64,000 bases of DNA from Callorhinchus milii (lineage: Eukaryota), in contig NW_024704743.1 in NCBI RefSeq assembly GCF_018977255.1, forward strand, positions 69,194,001 through 69,258,000. The letters are read 5' to 3'. The translations under genes were made by a program, and so were the position numbers. This document shows, piece after piece, positions 23,457 through 37,287 of the stretch. The notes under the pieces were generated by a model that was given only the letters and a program-made list of their open reading frames with translations, ran no database searches and was not told the DNA's origin. Numbering within the stretch: the first letter of the stretch is position 1; the number at the start of each line of letters is the position of its first letter.

Positions 23457-26149
23457 TCCCAAGGTGCTGGACAGTCAGGGATCTGTAATCGGGGCTGGCT
23501 TCATACTTTTTGAACTGACACAGTATGTTGTTCATACAAGCGCTGATGTTACAGTAGCACACGGAAGTACATAGGCTGTACAGCACCAAAACACGCCATT
23601 CAGCCCAACTAGTATTTATGCTTCATGTGAGTCCCCATCCATCTCCTGGGAGTTTCTCCTTGTGTCCTGGCCAACAATCCTCCAGATAACATCATGGTTC
23701 TCTGTGTTGTGCGCAAATTGGCTGCTATGTTCACCTAAAAAAATGCAGTTACTAGACTTCAGAGTAAAAATCCTGTGACATACTTTGAGACATTTCGATG
23801 ACATGATAGGGTGGTATTATCATATGCAAGAATTTATTTAATTTTATCTCTGATGTGTGAAAAGGCATCAAAACAGGAATGGATCCCACTGCACTATTCA
23901 AAAAAAAGAAGGGAGGATCTCCTGGTGTTTTGGCCCACAAAAGTAAACTCATTGGAGCAATAACCCATTGCAATGAGCAAATTCATCTGTCGCATATTAA
24001 GGGTTAATATTGTGTTACCCAGGCCTTTGTGCCAGCACTAAAAATGGAACTGAAAGTCACCTATTAATTAAAATTATATTGAAATGAATGGGGTAATTTC
24101 TATTGACAGAGATTTTACGATTAAATTAATGTGGAGGACGAGGGACATGTTTATCAGATTAAATTTGACATTCAATATTGTACCCTTGTTCAGGTTTTAT
24201 GACAAATCTGTAGATGTGATTTTACTAAAGCAACTTGAAGTATTAATGGTAAACTAGTGCTGTAAAAATAACAGCACAAAATCCACTGGTAAAACGAATC
24301 CATGGGATTTTTTGGTAATAATAATCATAATAATAATACTTGCATTTGATACAGTGCCTTATCATGTCTTCGAGATGTCTCAAAGCGCTTCACAGAATAT
24401 ACTGTAAAGTGAATTGACTGTATATTTTGTGGGCGAAATGCGGCAGCCAATTGCGCACAGCAGTGTCCTACAAACAATGGATTGAGTGATCAATTTATTA
24501 TGTTTTATTATTATTTATTATATTGGACTAGTGGATTCAGTGATCATTTTTTTATTAAGGAATTATTACCCCTGGAAAAGCAGTGGGCAGATAATTTGTA
24601 CACAACATTATATAAAAAAAAGGGATTTTTTGGTAAACGTTTTGCTTTGTGGCTCATCACAAATGTTATCTTTACAAGCGAGATCCTTGCCAGTATATGA
24701 GCGGCATGTCACTTATCTAAAACCCAGCACCTCTTTAGATCCAATCAATATCCATTTCCAGGTCATCTAATCATTTTATAGCAAGTCTTGTTTGTTTCAG
24801 TGACTGTAATCTCTTCAGATTTTCTTTGAGAAGTTAAATCCTCTAAATCGACAGTCACTGCACTTTACATTAAATCCTGTGAAGTGCTTTGAGATTTTTT
24901 TTGATAAAGTGGTACATCAAATGCATCATCATTATGAATATATCTGTAAAGGTGTTTGCATTTGCAAGTTGTGTTATTACACAACTCAAGTCAATTCACA
25001 GCTCGAGGATTGACTAAAAGATCCTCACACTCATGTTCAAATCTATTCACTCCCTAGCACCTATGTCATTCTATGTAAGTTTATTTGTAATTCTATGAAT
25101 AATATGCAGGGGTATGAGGAAAAGGAAAAGAAATTGGACTGAATGGATTGTTTAAAGAGACAGCACAGATGCAGTGAGCCAAATGGTGTGCTGTCCTGTA
25201 AATTTCAGTGGTTGTAAAGTCTCTGAGATGAAAGGAAAGTGCTTGAGTCCACTTTACCCACCACTGTTGGAGTAAAGCTATAAATAACATGAAAATGGAG
25301 CTGGACACAATAATCACACAACTTTACATTTGTGTCGGGTCAGTGAATGAGAAGCATTTGTATGGATTAAATGAATAAAGCAAATTTAATTGTCTGAAGC
25401 TTTAAAGCATGGCAAAAGCTTTTAATCCTAAAATGGCTGTTACATTCTCATGTTAACACTGTAATAATAAAATGTCCCAGTGTGTCTCACAGTGAAGTAA
25501 GATATTGATTTGTTCAGAATCAGCTCTTTTTCCATAGTTCCTTACAAACACACAGCAAAATGTAGTTTTTGTAAGGATTTTAAATCCTGTGAAATTTAAC
25601 AATTTAGATACAAAATAAGGAACACATACATAAGAAATCCTGTCTTAAGCTTCGAAAATGTTAGCTGAGCATTTATTTCTTGCTATTGATTAACCATGTT
25701 ATTATTTAAAATCCTATTTTAAAAGTCACTCATCTGAACATGGGTAATAAATAAGCATCAGCAGGATGTGGCAGTCAGGATGCCTTGCGAGATGCTCTGG
25801 GATGTGTAGGTTTCTGCTGGAAGGTATCACTTCACTATCTTGCATGCCTGTCGAGTCTCACATATTTCCATTGACAGCCATAGCTTTTGTGGACCATCTT
25901 TTTCCATTTCATGCTGTTAAAAAAAATCCCAGCTGTGTTTCAATGGATCTGTAAAGCACTCCTCTTCTCAAAGCAAAAAACCTTTCCACTAGTGGAGCTT
26001 TGGGTATTCTGGGCACCTTATATTATTCCACTATACAAATAAATAAAGGATAATCAATCAACAAACAAATGAATAATACATAAATGAATGAATGTTTTAT
26101 TGTTCCACTACCAAAATGAATGAATGAATGGATGAACGAATGAACACCA

Positions 26150-26673
26150 ATGACAACAAATTACATTTGTATAGCACCTTTCACATCAGGAGGACGGCCA
26201 AGGTCCTGGACAATCAGTGTTTTGGACCTGAGCTGGGAGTCAGGATCGTGGAGGGCAGGGGGGGAAGGAGGGTGGAGGGTAGGGGGAGAAGGAGGGTGGA
26301 GGGTAGGGGGGGAAGGAGGGTGATCGAAGGCAAGGTCAAAGAGGAGGGTCCTGAAGGAGACAAGTGAGAGGGTGAGGTGGATGGACTACAGGATGTGTAA
26401 CCCAGAAGGTGGGTTCAGAGTGGCTGAAGGCCAGTCTGCCAATGGTGGGGTGGGCGAGGTGTGGTATGTGAAGCAAGCCGGAGCTCGCTGAGCGGAGGGA
26501 GCGGGCAGATTGATAGGGAGTTAGGAGGTCACAGAGGTAGGGGGGGAGCAAGGCCATGGAGAGCTTTGAAGGTGAAGACCAGAATATTCAACTGTATGCT
26601 TTGTGTGATGGGAAGCCAATGGAGTCGGGTGAAAATTGGGGTGATAGGGTCATAGAGCCTTGTGAGGGAGAGG
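26150..26673 (-). mobile_element. L2 LINE 3' end containing a 21-bp tandem repeat (about 3 units at 26248-26321)
   Basis: L2 tail and LHWLPI remnant; unit GTGGAGGGYAGGGGGRGAAGGAGG-like repeated. Confidence 0.85.
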
Positions 26674-26729
26674 AATGAATGAATGAGTCAATCAATAGTC
26701 CTTCAATTTGATAAGGGGACTAAATAAAA

Positions 26730-27250
26730 TCTCAAGGTACCTATGTGCCGTTGCAATTATCTGTTGTCTTCTTCACAATTTATAACATCTCCTGTATCAT
26801 CCAAACATTTGGAAATAATCTGCTCTATTTCTATTTAGCATGAAATACTGGGGTGATAGCACTGATTTTTGAAAGAACATCAATTATTACTACTGCCAAT
26901 CAAAGAACATCCCTTTATCCCAATTCTTGCTTGCCAAATAACATATCACAATATTGCATTCAATCCCATATGTGTTAATTGTAACTAGCTATCTCTTATG
27001 TCACATGTTATCAAATGTCTTCCTAAAATCCATATCAATTATATGCATCAACTCTCTTTTGTCTAGCATCTCCATGGTTCTGTCAAGAACTCTATTAGGT
27101 TGTGAGACAACGATCTAACTTTCACAAAGCCACACTCAGTTTTCCTGATCTGTGCATATTTATCTAGATAAGCAGTTACTCTGTTCCTGGTCATGGATTT
27201 TAGTAATTTTCCCACTACCGGTGGTAAACTCACAGGCCTATACTTAGTGT
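26730..27250 (-). mobile_element. Old degenerate CR1 RT fragment
   Basis: Minus strand YRPVSL..VVGKLL and DFRKTFD remnants. Confidence 0.55.
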
Positions 27251-29847
27251 TGCTTATGTGGTACTTCTACTACCAATTGTAAAATAGAGCATGATAGAAA
27301 AAGGCAACACTATTTACAGTTTACAATTGGCAATGGAATATAAACAGGACATAAGGTGGCAATTTTCATTAATCATCTCTTTAATATTACTGGGCAGTTA
27401 AATTATGGCTTCTGAACATAATTGCATAACTTATTGTTGTAGATGAATAGATATACCATTTACACGGCATTATTGAAGTGCACTGAGGAATCCTATTAAA
27501 GTTATTTGCTCATGTCTATTCACTACATTTCACAGTACATAAAGCAATACTGTACTGTGATGAACCTTCATAAACCTATAACACGGTATGCCACATTATA
27601 TTGACTGAAAGATTGTACACACAATATTATAGCTTGTGGCAGCATTGTAGAATTGTAGAAACTAATGAAGATTTTAAATCAAAACCAGAAAAAAGCATAA
27701 CTAAAAGGAACAAAATCAAAACATAATTACCATATTAAAATGTACTCATGCTAGCAGATAGTTCCATTAATCCAGAAATCCTTTCACGTTTCATGTTTCA
27801 GCGATAAAACTGAAAAACAATGGAGCAGAGGGAGAGGATTCAATCGCCATGCAGAAAAGAGCTTGTGTCCCATTTACGCATCAGTTACAAGTAACATTTG
27901 GGTCAATCTGGCACTTTCTTTGATAAAAAATACTCAGTGTAGGTATAATCCTGCTAACTGGTAGTTGAGTGGCACAATCTGTGAGCCAGAGGTCCAATGC
28001 CATGAAGCCAGCTTTCAGCTTCATAGTCATATAGAATTACAGTTGGGGGAAGGGGGAGAATGGTTCACAGCCAGCACATCCTATTCAATGTGATAAAAAA
28101 TGAATTTGCCACAAAACTAGCCCCATTTTTTCTGTATATATGTCTTAGCCTTTATGGGAAGTCAATGCAGTGCTGGTTAGCTGAGATTGTTCCTGACCTG
28201 CAAAAGCAGTGCTAGTTTATGAAGTGATTCTCTTGTACTGAATCCCAGAGTCCCTCAGTCTCGCTCCCTCCCTCACCTCTTTCAAGGTCTGTTTCAAGAC
28301 CTTCCTTTTGGACTGTGTCTTTGGTCATGTTTCCCCTCCCCATTCTCCTCAGCTGCCCCCCCCCCCCCCCCCCCCCCCACCACCACCACCACCACTCCAC
28401 CTCAGGTGCCAACCCCGGACTGTCAAGAACCTTGGACATCCCCCCATCTAAATATAAACCTGTTGTTGTTGGTTGAGAACAAGGTTCTATCCACGAAAGG
28501 TATGGTTATGCAAATTGGCTGTGGTATCCCCTAACATTTATACCTGAGGCTTAATAGTTCTCTATAACAATTTGTCACAAAGTAACCTCTGTTATACTGA
28601 TCTACCACTCACTTCTCATACTGAACGTTTGCATTGTAACAATGTGTAAATTTTATAGTGACTGAAACCATTTTCAGTGATTTCACATTATTCTTACCAT
28701 ATTTCTGATAATCAAAGGCATTTCACAACTTTCTGAGCAGTTCTTGTTATTTAATTACATTTAATAGAAATATTTTATGTCTCCCTATCACTCATAAAGC
28801 AGACCTGTCAAGCCTCCCCCTCATACCTTCAATTCAAATTGACATGTTGCTCCACACTGTGACCTCAACAGTAATATTTTGTCATCCCTTTGAGCAATAC
28901 AGACTTAATGAAGAAGTTTAAATTGTACTTGTGATAACAGGCAATGATGGTTTTGTCAAAATTAAGCTTCAGCAATGTACTGTTCCACTGAATACATAGC
29001 TAGCAGTATTGGCAATCTAATATTGTGGATGCTAGTTAATTATCAGGTCACGTTCTCACAAAAGTGTCACCCAGACTTGATTTATGGCTAACGAAAGTTG
29101 CTACAGGCTGAGCGTCGGTGCTCATTTTAATTACTATTTACAAAAGGCAACATTTTTGCATTTTTCCCATACAGACTATTCTGCTCCTAATCAAGGATGG
29201 AATTTACCAATGTGGAAGGTTGCTGTGGCTTAGGAGGCCAGGAGAAGGGGACAAAGGGGAGTCTGAAAGATAACACTGGATAGGATCTTTTCTGGGTTAA
29301 TGAATAGGTACCTCATTATTCAATAGACTCTTTCGCTCAGGGATTCTGCAGAATTCTTGCCATTGTTTATGCAACCATAAATGCCTATCAGATCCAACTT
29401 TATTCCTTTGCCTCTTTGCAACCTCTTTCTCACCCAATCATTCTTTTAGTTCCTTCTGTTTAAAAGGCACAATTGTCTCCTCTGCCACCAATAGCTTGCC
29501 CTCCTCAAACCCCCTCCTCTGGTTGCTTTTCCCCCTTATTCTCTGCGATCTCTGTGCTCCGGGATGCTACCCTGCGTAAAGAGCACAATATAAATTCAAG
29601 TTGTTGTTGTTGTTGTTGTTGTGAACTTCCTCTGATCAGAATCAATAATAAGGAACTATGGACAGAGATAGGTTTACACAGTTATACATTTCTCATTAGT
29701 AATTGTACAACATATCCTGTTTATTGTATCTTTGCTCTCCTTTTGAGGTCATTGAACTTCTTCATAACCTCCAGCAAGGTTCTTTATGTAGCCTGGCAAC
29801 GCTGACCTGGGCCATTATCTTCTTTCATATTTTCCTCTTACTTTTGC

Positions 29848-30015
29848 AACATCATATGATTTGTAAAGTAAAACTAACCTGCCTTGCAGCAGTCTAAACC
29901 CAGTTCATATTCCCTATTAGTGGGTGAACGATCTTATTCCCACGTGAATTCTGCCTCACAATGATAGGAAGGGCCGACATTGAAGGATCAAAGGGGAGGC
30001 CCGCCATGAACACTC
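29848..30015 (-). pseudogene. Decayed 28S rRNA fragment (domain V, peptidyl-transferase region)
   Basis: TTTGATCCTTCAATGTCGGCCCTTCCTATCATTGTGAGGCAGAATTCAC...GTTCACCCACTAATAGGGAATATGAACTGGGTTTAGAC...CAGGTTAGTTTTAC matches the conserved LSU rRNA sequence with many substitutions. Confidence 0.9.
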
Positions 30016-30576
30016 CAGAATAACAACTTGCATTTATATAGCGCCCTTCACGTGGGGCAGGGTCCGGGAGCACTGTCAGAGGTGTCATTCTATAAGACAT
30101 TAAACAGAGATCCCATCTGCCTGTTCAAGTGGAAGTTAAAGATCTTGTGGTGCTATTCAAGAAGGATTGTTGGCATGTCCTGACCAACAATTCCCCAGAT
30201 GAAAGATTTGGTCATTCACTTTGTGGCTGTTTTTGGGACACTGCTGCATGCAATTTGGTTGCTGTGTTTGCCTACAAAATACAATCAGTACAGTGCACAG
30301 TAAAATCCTTATTATTAGTAGTAATAGTCTTAATCAGAAGTGCAAACTACATTTTCAACTTGAATACAGATTTAGTGGCTTTAATAATAAGGTCACAGAT
30401 TTTATATCATTTTACATATAAGATGGAACCCCATCAATTCCTGTGAACTAGTTACTCTACAGTTAATACAACTTCTCAGAATATATTGATGAAATGTCTG
30501 CACTATCACAACACACACTTTAATAATTCAGTTCAACAAAGCTGCCACCATAGATTTCCCCTGAATTGGTCTGCAG

Positions 30577-30925
30577 TAATAATAATAATCCTTGCACTGG
30601 ATATAGTGCTTTTCACATCTTCTAGATGTCTTAAAGTGCTTCACAGAATATACTGCAAAGTGAATTGACTGTATATTTGTGGGTGAAATGGGGGAGCCAA
30701 TTGCGCACAGCAGTGTCCCATAAACAGTCGTGGATGGAGTGACCAAATTATTATTGTTTTTTTCTTGAGATATTATTATCCCAACAAAAGCGATCTGCCA
30801 ATCGACTCACAACCGGGCTCCTACTTACTGCTAGGTAAACAGAAGCGTGTGGAGTAAGGAAACTTGCCCAAGGTTTTTCCCTGCCACCTACCTAGGTCCC
30901 TCACTTGTGAGGACTCCACTCCACT
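30577..30925 (-). mobile_element. Same SINE family
   Basis: Tail, Deu core and GGAGTAAGGAAACTTGCCCAAGG block. Confidence 0.85.
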
Positions 30926-33900
30926 AATGAGTGCAAATAATTAGCACGAGAGCCAGACTGTATTTTACATTTAAAAGATACCATTGAGAATGCCCAAAAG
31001 CTTGTGATTTATTCAAGACTTAAAATTAGTGCTGGAAAAATAATTTACTTATAATTTCCTGTGAACCATCTGCAGTGATAACATCACAATAGCCTTTCAC
31101 AATCCTTATTAAGCAGTATTTTAGCTCCATTTAATTTAATTAACACATTGGTCTGAATGTGAGACTATAGTACATATTAGAAGCACTTAAATATGGTTTT
31201 GTGGTTTATTCCGCCCACAAACAATATATTACAAACCAATTGTGCAATCCTAAATTCTGTATTTGTTTTTATCAAGGGACCAGCTGGTGTCAGTGGACAA
31301 ATAGTACAACGCTTTTGGTTTGTAGAGGTCATCTGGATTTCTTGATTATATCATAAGATCACAAGATTGATTGGGATTAAGAAGGTCTTTTTTGTCTCAT
31401 CTGCTCTCATCTTTCCAGAATACCCACCCTATTGACTTCCCTGATTTATCTACTAACGACTTCTTCTCCCCGGAAACTATTCAGAATTTTGCAGCTCATG
31501 TCCTCTCCCACACCAAGCTCTGCGAACTTATCACCCCCATCCTCGACTGCTCCACTGGCTCCTCCAGTGAATTTCCCATCCCTTTGGCCCCATCCACTCA
31601 AAACCAACCCCCAGTTCAGGTGCAAACCTCAACTGTTCAGAACCTTGAGGCACCCACCTGACATGAAAGGCACTATATAAATGTAATTTGTTGTTATTTG
31701 TTATTCCCATCAGAGCATCAATCTTTTTTTAAATAAAAAAAAATGTTCTGTCCTCAACCGCCCTTCCTGGCAACCTGTTCAGTTATTAATTCCCCTGAGT
31801 AAAGAAAAACCTCTCAGGTCTGTCCTGAAATTGCTCTTTACAACTCTAAACCTATGTGCTCTTGGCCTACTTTATTGTGCATCCCAAAGTATTGTTCTGG
31901 GTTTTCCAGTTTCAATCACACTAAAATGTTATGCACCTCTGCATGGTGCTAACTTAACCACCTCAAATCATATATTGTTCTATGTACATGGGACTCAACG
32001 TTCCAAATATTTTGGTGCTTTAAAACAGTAAAATCTAAATGTAAATTCATAGTCTCTCATTTAGCAATACTCTTTGACATCAAGTGCAGTGTTTCCATTT
32101 TAATATGAAAATACAAATTAGGAATAGGTAAGACACTAAATAAAAAATTACACTCCTCTGGCACATCTAGTTAACTATCACCACTTTCCTTTTCCAGGAG
32201 TTTTTCTTTACGCAGAGGATAAAGTGATGGAACAGGTTGCCAGGAAAGATGGTAGAGACCAGGACACTAGACTTACATAAAAAGCAGAAAAGCAGCTTGG
32301 TGGGGGTGGGTATGGGGTGGAGAAATGGTCGGGTGGATGTTCTGGAAGGATGAGATCAGATGGGCTGAAGGGTCTTCTTTATCCAGACCAATCTTGTGAT
32401 CTTTTGATCGTTCCATATTCTTTGCCTACTGACATTGTTGACCTTACATCTCCTCTGATCTCAAACAGTATAACTCACACCTCATTGGTAAAGCTGCCTT
32501 CAATAAACTGGGTTTCTCCTTCATGCCACCATCAGGGAGCGGACAGGTTGATATGGGGTTTGCAGGTCACAGAGGTAGGAAGGGGCAAGGCCGTGGAGGG
32601 CCTTGAAGGCAAAGACGAGGATTTACTGAATATTTTCCGGGGAGGGAAGGGGAAGAAAAGATAAATCACCTCCGAAATAAAAAAGATTTTTTTGCTGTCA
32701 GACTAAAAAAGTAGGCCAATAAAAGTGTGCTAGTGTCCAATAAAAAAATTAAATCAAAGCTATTTTTAAACTGAAAAGAAATCTGAAGGATTCTCTTCAA
32801 TTAACCAAACATTGCTTTGCCATGTCATGTCAGTTAATGCTATGTAAGTTATAAATGTTATTACAGAGATTACACATTTTAACAAGCTTAGAGCTTTACA
32901 CTAGCTTCAGTATAAAATGCTTCCACCACATTCACACTAACAAATTTTATGGAGGTTTTTAAATGTCAATGATACATGGACGTGCATATAAACAGTTCAC
33001 TGGTATTCTCAAGGCTGCTCTTATTTCCATCACCTGACCATCAAGTACAGCCTGCAAGGCTCACCCAATTTGTTTTAGAATTGTATGAAATTGGAAATTA
33101 AAATTCTCGGGATAAATTGCCCAAGGGCTGTCAGAAATAAACAATTCTATTAATGTTTGGAATTATCATAAAATTACAATTGTACAATTGGAATTTAGCA
33201 CTGACTATAATTTTATTCCTCCCAGCTTCATTCCTCCCAGGGCAAAGATCAGAACAGCCAAGAAGCTAACTTAAACTCACTTAATATACAGTGCTCCATA
33301 CTTATGCACTGGGGTCTTAATTCCCTATAACTCAGGTTTGAAAACTGCACATTAACATTTTCTCATAACCTTCTGTGAATCATGTTATTATTCTTCAGTG
33401 ATACGACCACATAAACCAGACAGTCTTTAATGACTGTCTTTAATCAATGCCACTTCATGTGGACTTGTAACTAATTATTATGGTCTTTGTTTTTAAACTA
33501 TACTAAGATATACACAATTATAGATGTACCAACACACTCGTGTGGCTGATGAGGCTATCTGAACCCCTAGACTAAATTATAGCCCTCCTAACCTTTTAAT
33601 TTTACAATTTATTTTTTCAGAGGTTTCAGCTGATGTCCATGTATACCAAGCGCAGCCTTAAAATACAGGAATAGAAAAATTATAAGGGTACAAAAAATAA
33701 AAAATGAATGATACAACAAATGTAAGAGAATTTAATTTATATAGCTCCTTTCGCATTGGGAAGAAGCCTCAAAGCGCTTCATACTGCTAGTTGGTCATCC
33801 AAGCTAGAGGAACGCAGCTCAAGAGGGTTGGGAGGGGAAAGATGACCGAAAGCATGGTCAAATGTAAGTCTTGAGGCAACAGGAGAGGGTGAGTCAGAGG

Positions 33901-34667
33901 ATTTCCGGGATGGAGTTCCACTTGCTCCGACTCACTCCATTCCTAGCTAATCCGCTTTAAACTAATCTTTGCCAGAATTAATGAGTTAGTTCCAACCACT
34001 CATAAGGTTTATAATTCACTAAAGGTTGGTGTTCACATAGATCAGTCCAATACTGCAATTCATTCCCATCCCTAGATAATAATAATCCTTGCATTTGATA
34101 TAGTGCCTTATCACGTTTTTGGGAAGTCTCAAAGCACCTCACAGAATATACTGTGAAGTGAATTGGCTGTATATATTTTGTGGGCGAAATGCAGCAGCCA
34201 CTTGCACACAGCAGTCTCCTACAAACAAACGTGGATTGAGTGACCAAGTTTTTTGTTTAAAGGATAACTGAAAGCCAGCTCAGTGTGAATAATTTGCAGG
34301 CCAGTGGGACACCACAGTTTCAACTTTCAGCTCATAGCTCAGAGTCAAAATGACAGCACACAGTGAAAAGAGTTAATACCAATTTAGGGGGTGGGGAGGG
34401 TTACATTGGTTCAGTTGAGCTCAGATATTCCAGGGGAGGCACACACTTTCTCTAAGTAGTGTGAGAGGGTTGTTAAGGAGCTCAACAAGGCACGTGGCAA
34501 CCATAGGAGGAGTTTCCCAAGGTTAGAGGTCAGAGGTTATCAACCACAGCATTTTATTAGCTTGTGGGCATGTGCTGGCACAATCTGAATTGATGCTCTC
34601 AGGTTATGCCAAGTTATGTTGCGTCTTACCTTTGAAAACCCCCATCACTCCGTCCATCTGTACAGGA

Positions 34668-35723
34668 GCTCTGAACAGTGGGAGAAACTCCAAAACCATT
34701 AAACACACACACTTATGTGGCCAATAAAGCTTTATTACATGTTAGAACATAGAAATGTAATGAGCTTTTCCATTAATGAAAACAACTGAAAGAAAACACA
34801 TTATCACATTGATAGAACTTATATGCCTTAACATCAATTTATGCAATATATATAATTTGTGATAGGAATGGCAGGAACAATTGAAAAGTATCACAGACAT
34901 ATTCAAAATGTACACACATTCACAGGAAATAATGGTAATAAAACCACTGTACTCACATTTCTTCACCACTGTCCAACATACCAAATGAAGATAGTCGTGG
35001 ATTGAAGTAACCAATTTATTATTTATTTGTGCACAGCAATGTCCTACAAACAGCCATGAAATGAATGACAGATTCTATTGGGGAGATTGTTGGCCAGGAC
35101 ACTGGGAGAAACTGCATTCTTATTTCAAATAGTGCCACTGGATCTTTCATGGCCACCTGAACAGGCAGACGGGACCTTGTTTACCGAAAGACAGTAGTTT
35201 ACATTCCTGCTAAAATTTCAAGTTGTGGGAAGATTGTTTTCCTTTATCTCAGCCAAGAAGGGTATGATGCACACTGCTGTTCTATGTTGCTGCCTGGAGT
35301 TGTTCACCCTGCAGCTTAATGCTCCCTTGCCAAATCATTATATTGCCATTCTTGATAGCAGCTCATGATAGATGGGAAAAGTTGCAATTGTTTTGAACAT
35401 CAGATGATGCCACTATTTGACCGAAATAAAACTGTTCCTAGTACCTTAATAATAATACTCCTTGCATTTGATATAGTAGCTCTAAACCGTGGGAGAAACT
35501 CCAAAACCATTAAACACACACGCTTATGTGGCCAATAAAGCTTTATTACATGTTAGAACGTAGAAGAGAAACGTAATGAGCTTTTCCGTTACTGAAAACA
35601 ACTGAAAGGAAACGCATTATCACCTTGATAGAATTTATATGCCTTAACATCAATTTATACTATATAATTTCTGATAGGAATGTCAGGAACAATTGAAAAG
35701 TATCACAGACATATTCAAAATGT
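34668..35723 (+). repeat. Local direct duplication of about 245 bp (34668-34911 and 35479-35723)
   Basis: GGGAGAAACTCCAAAACCATTAAACACACAC...TATCACAGACATATTCAAAATGT present twice. Confidence 0.95.
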
Positions 35724-35924
35724 CTTCTAGGCATCTCAAAGCGCTTCACAGAATATGCTGTAAAGTGAATTGACTGTATATTTGTGGGCGAAACTTGGGA
35801 CTCAATCAAGTTCGGGTTTACAGGATCAACAAAAATGAAATTGGTTTGAGGTGGAAAATTGACACCAGTAGAATGTGAGCATTGATCAGTCAGGAGATGC
35901 TTGGGTACATTCAAAGTCATTTCA

Positions 35925-36065
35925 CAACAACAACACTTGCCACAGGCCCATTTGATGGCAAGTAGCTCCATATATTTCAAAAAGAAATTCTCCATCTGCC
36001 CATGAGATCCAAACATCCTTTTTGAGGTATCCAGCTGTAAGGCCACCACATCCACAAAAATTATT
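35925..36065 (-). mobile_element. Probable Gypsy LTR-retrotransposon RNase H remnant
   Basis: VALQLDTSK...ELLAIKWACGK resembles LQxDAS...ELLAIxWAxEKF. Confidence 0.5.
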
Positions 36066-36602
36066 TGGGGCACTTTGGTTCAGGTATTTTGAAGAGCTGC
36101 TGTTGTGTTAAAGCAGATGAGCTGGTCATGTCTCAATGCAACTTTTGTTAAAATGGCTTTTTCCTGAAGCTGCCCTACTTGTGCCCAAACCTTAATAAGC
36201 ATGAGCACTGCCACCTTGGGCCCAAACTAAGCATGGATCATTTTGAGCAGTGAAAATGGTCTTTCTAAGTTTATTCTGGGGGTACAATCCAAACTCAGCT
36301 GCATTAGTGCAGCATCCCATGATTAAATCCTGAGAGGCAGCTCTCCTCACTATCAAATGGCAGCAGAAGCCATGCTGAAAACGTCAGGCCCAATGATCGC
36401 AGGCAATGCAGGAATTGTTGCTGGATTTTCCCCAAACAGTAGATCCTTCATAAAGTGGACCCCCAAACTGAACAAAATACTCAAAATGAGGTTGAACCAG
36501 CATTCTGTACAAATGCAATACTACTTCCTTGTTTTTCTACTCCAAGGCATGTTATCAACAAGAACACATTTGACACACTCAAATGTAGTTAAAAATAATC
36601 AT

Positions 36603-36608
36603 TTTATT
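36603..36608 (-). terminator. Candidate HACL1 polyadenylation signal AATAAA
   Basis: First canonical minus-strand AATAAA I found after the stop codon (about 650 nt downstream), in AT-rich sequence. Confidence 0.4.
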
Positions 36609-37254
36609 TGTACTTGAATACAATGTTTCAAATTACACTAGGCTTTTTTATATTAAAGAAAGCTTGCTCTGTATGTTGCATTGGAGCCAATTAAGCCTTT
36701 AACATCAAAGTCAAGTTTTAACAAAAAACTCACAAAACTCAATGAACCAGGACTGGTTCTACCTGTATAAACATTGCATGTGATCATTCCGATTGTACTA
36801 AATAGCAGTAATTGTGGTACTTTAAAGAATTATCGTAAATTTGCTATTATTGTGCTTTGCACTCATTATTCATCCACTGTTCATTGCCCACAGCACATTG
36901 AAGAAAATTACTAAGGAAGTGCAATGGCCTCTAGTGTTTTAGCAGTGTTCTACGTGGTTTTAGCAGAGCTTATTCTCCCATAGCAGCCAAACCCTGGTTA
37001 AACAATACAAAATAATTTTTATGTTTATGAAGAATAATAAAAACAGAATAATTAAAAAAATCAAGCACCAGCAAAATTATTCCAAGTTGTTTTCGTTATT
37101 ATATTCGCAATTTACTTGTAAGAAATTACAAAACAATGTTTTAAAGTCTATTTATAAGAGAATTTCTCATTACTGTGCGTGGGCCATGCAGGCAGCTCAG
37201 CTTGTTTTGTCATTTGTGCTTTGCCTACAATGACTTCTCTGCAGGTCATCCAAT

Positions 37255-37287
37255 TTACAAGTTGGAGCGAGTCAGCCAGACAAAATC
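37255..37287 (-). CDS. HACL1: HACL1 last coding exon 17 (33 nt including TAA); PTS1-like C-terminus SNL
   Basis: attttcag|GATTTTGTCTGGCTGACTCGCTCCAACTTGTAA = [10 protein letters not shown] (human DFHWLTRSNM). Confidence 0.95.
   Translation of the reverse strand, partial: DFVWLTRSNL

Noticed and set aside
26248..26321. CRISPR-like array
   Set aside because: A simple 21-bp tandem repeat without spacers, inside an L2 3'UTR in eukaryotic DNA.
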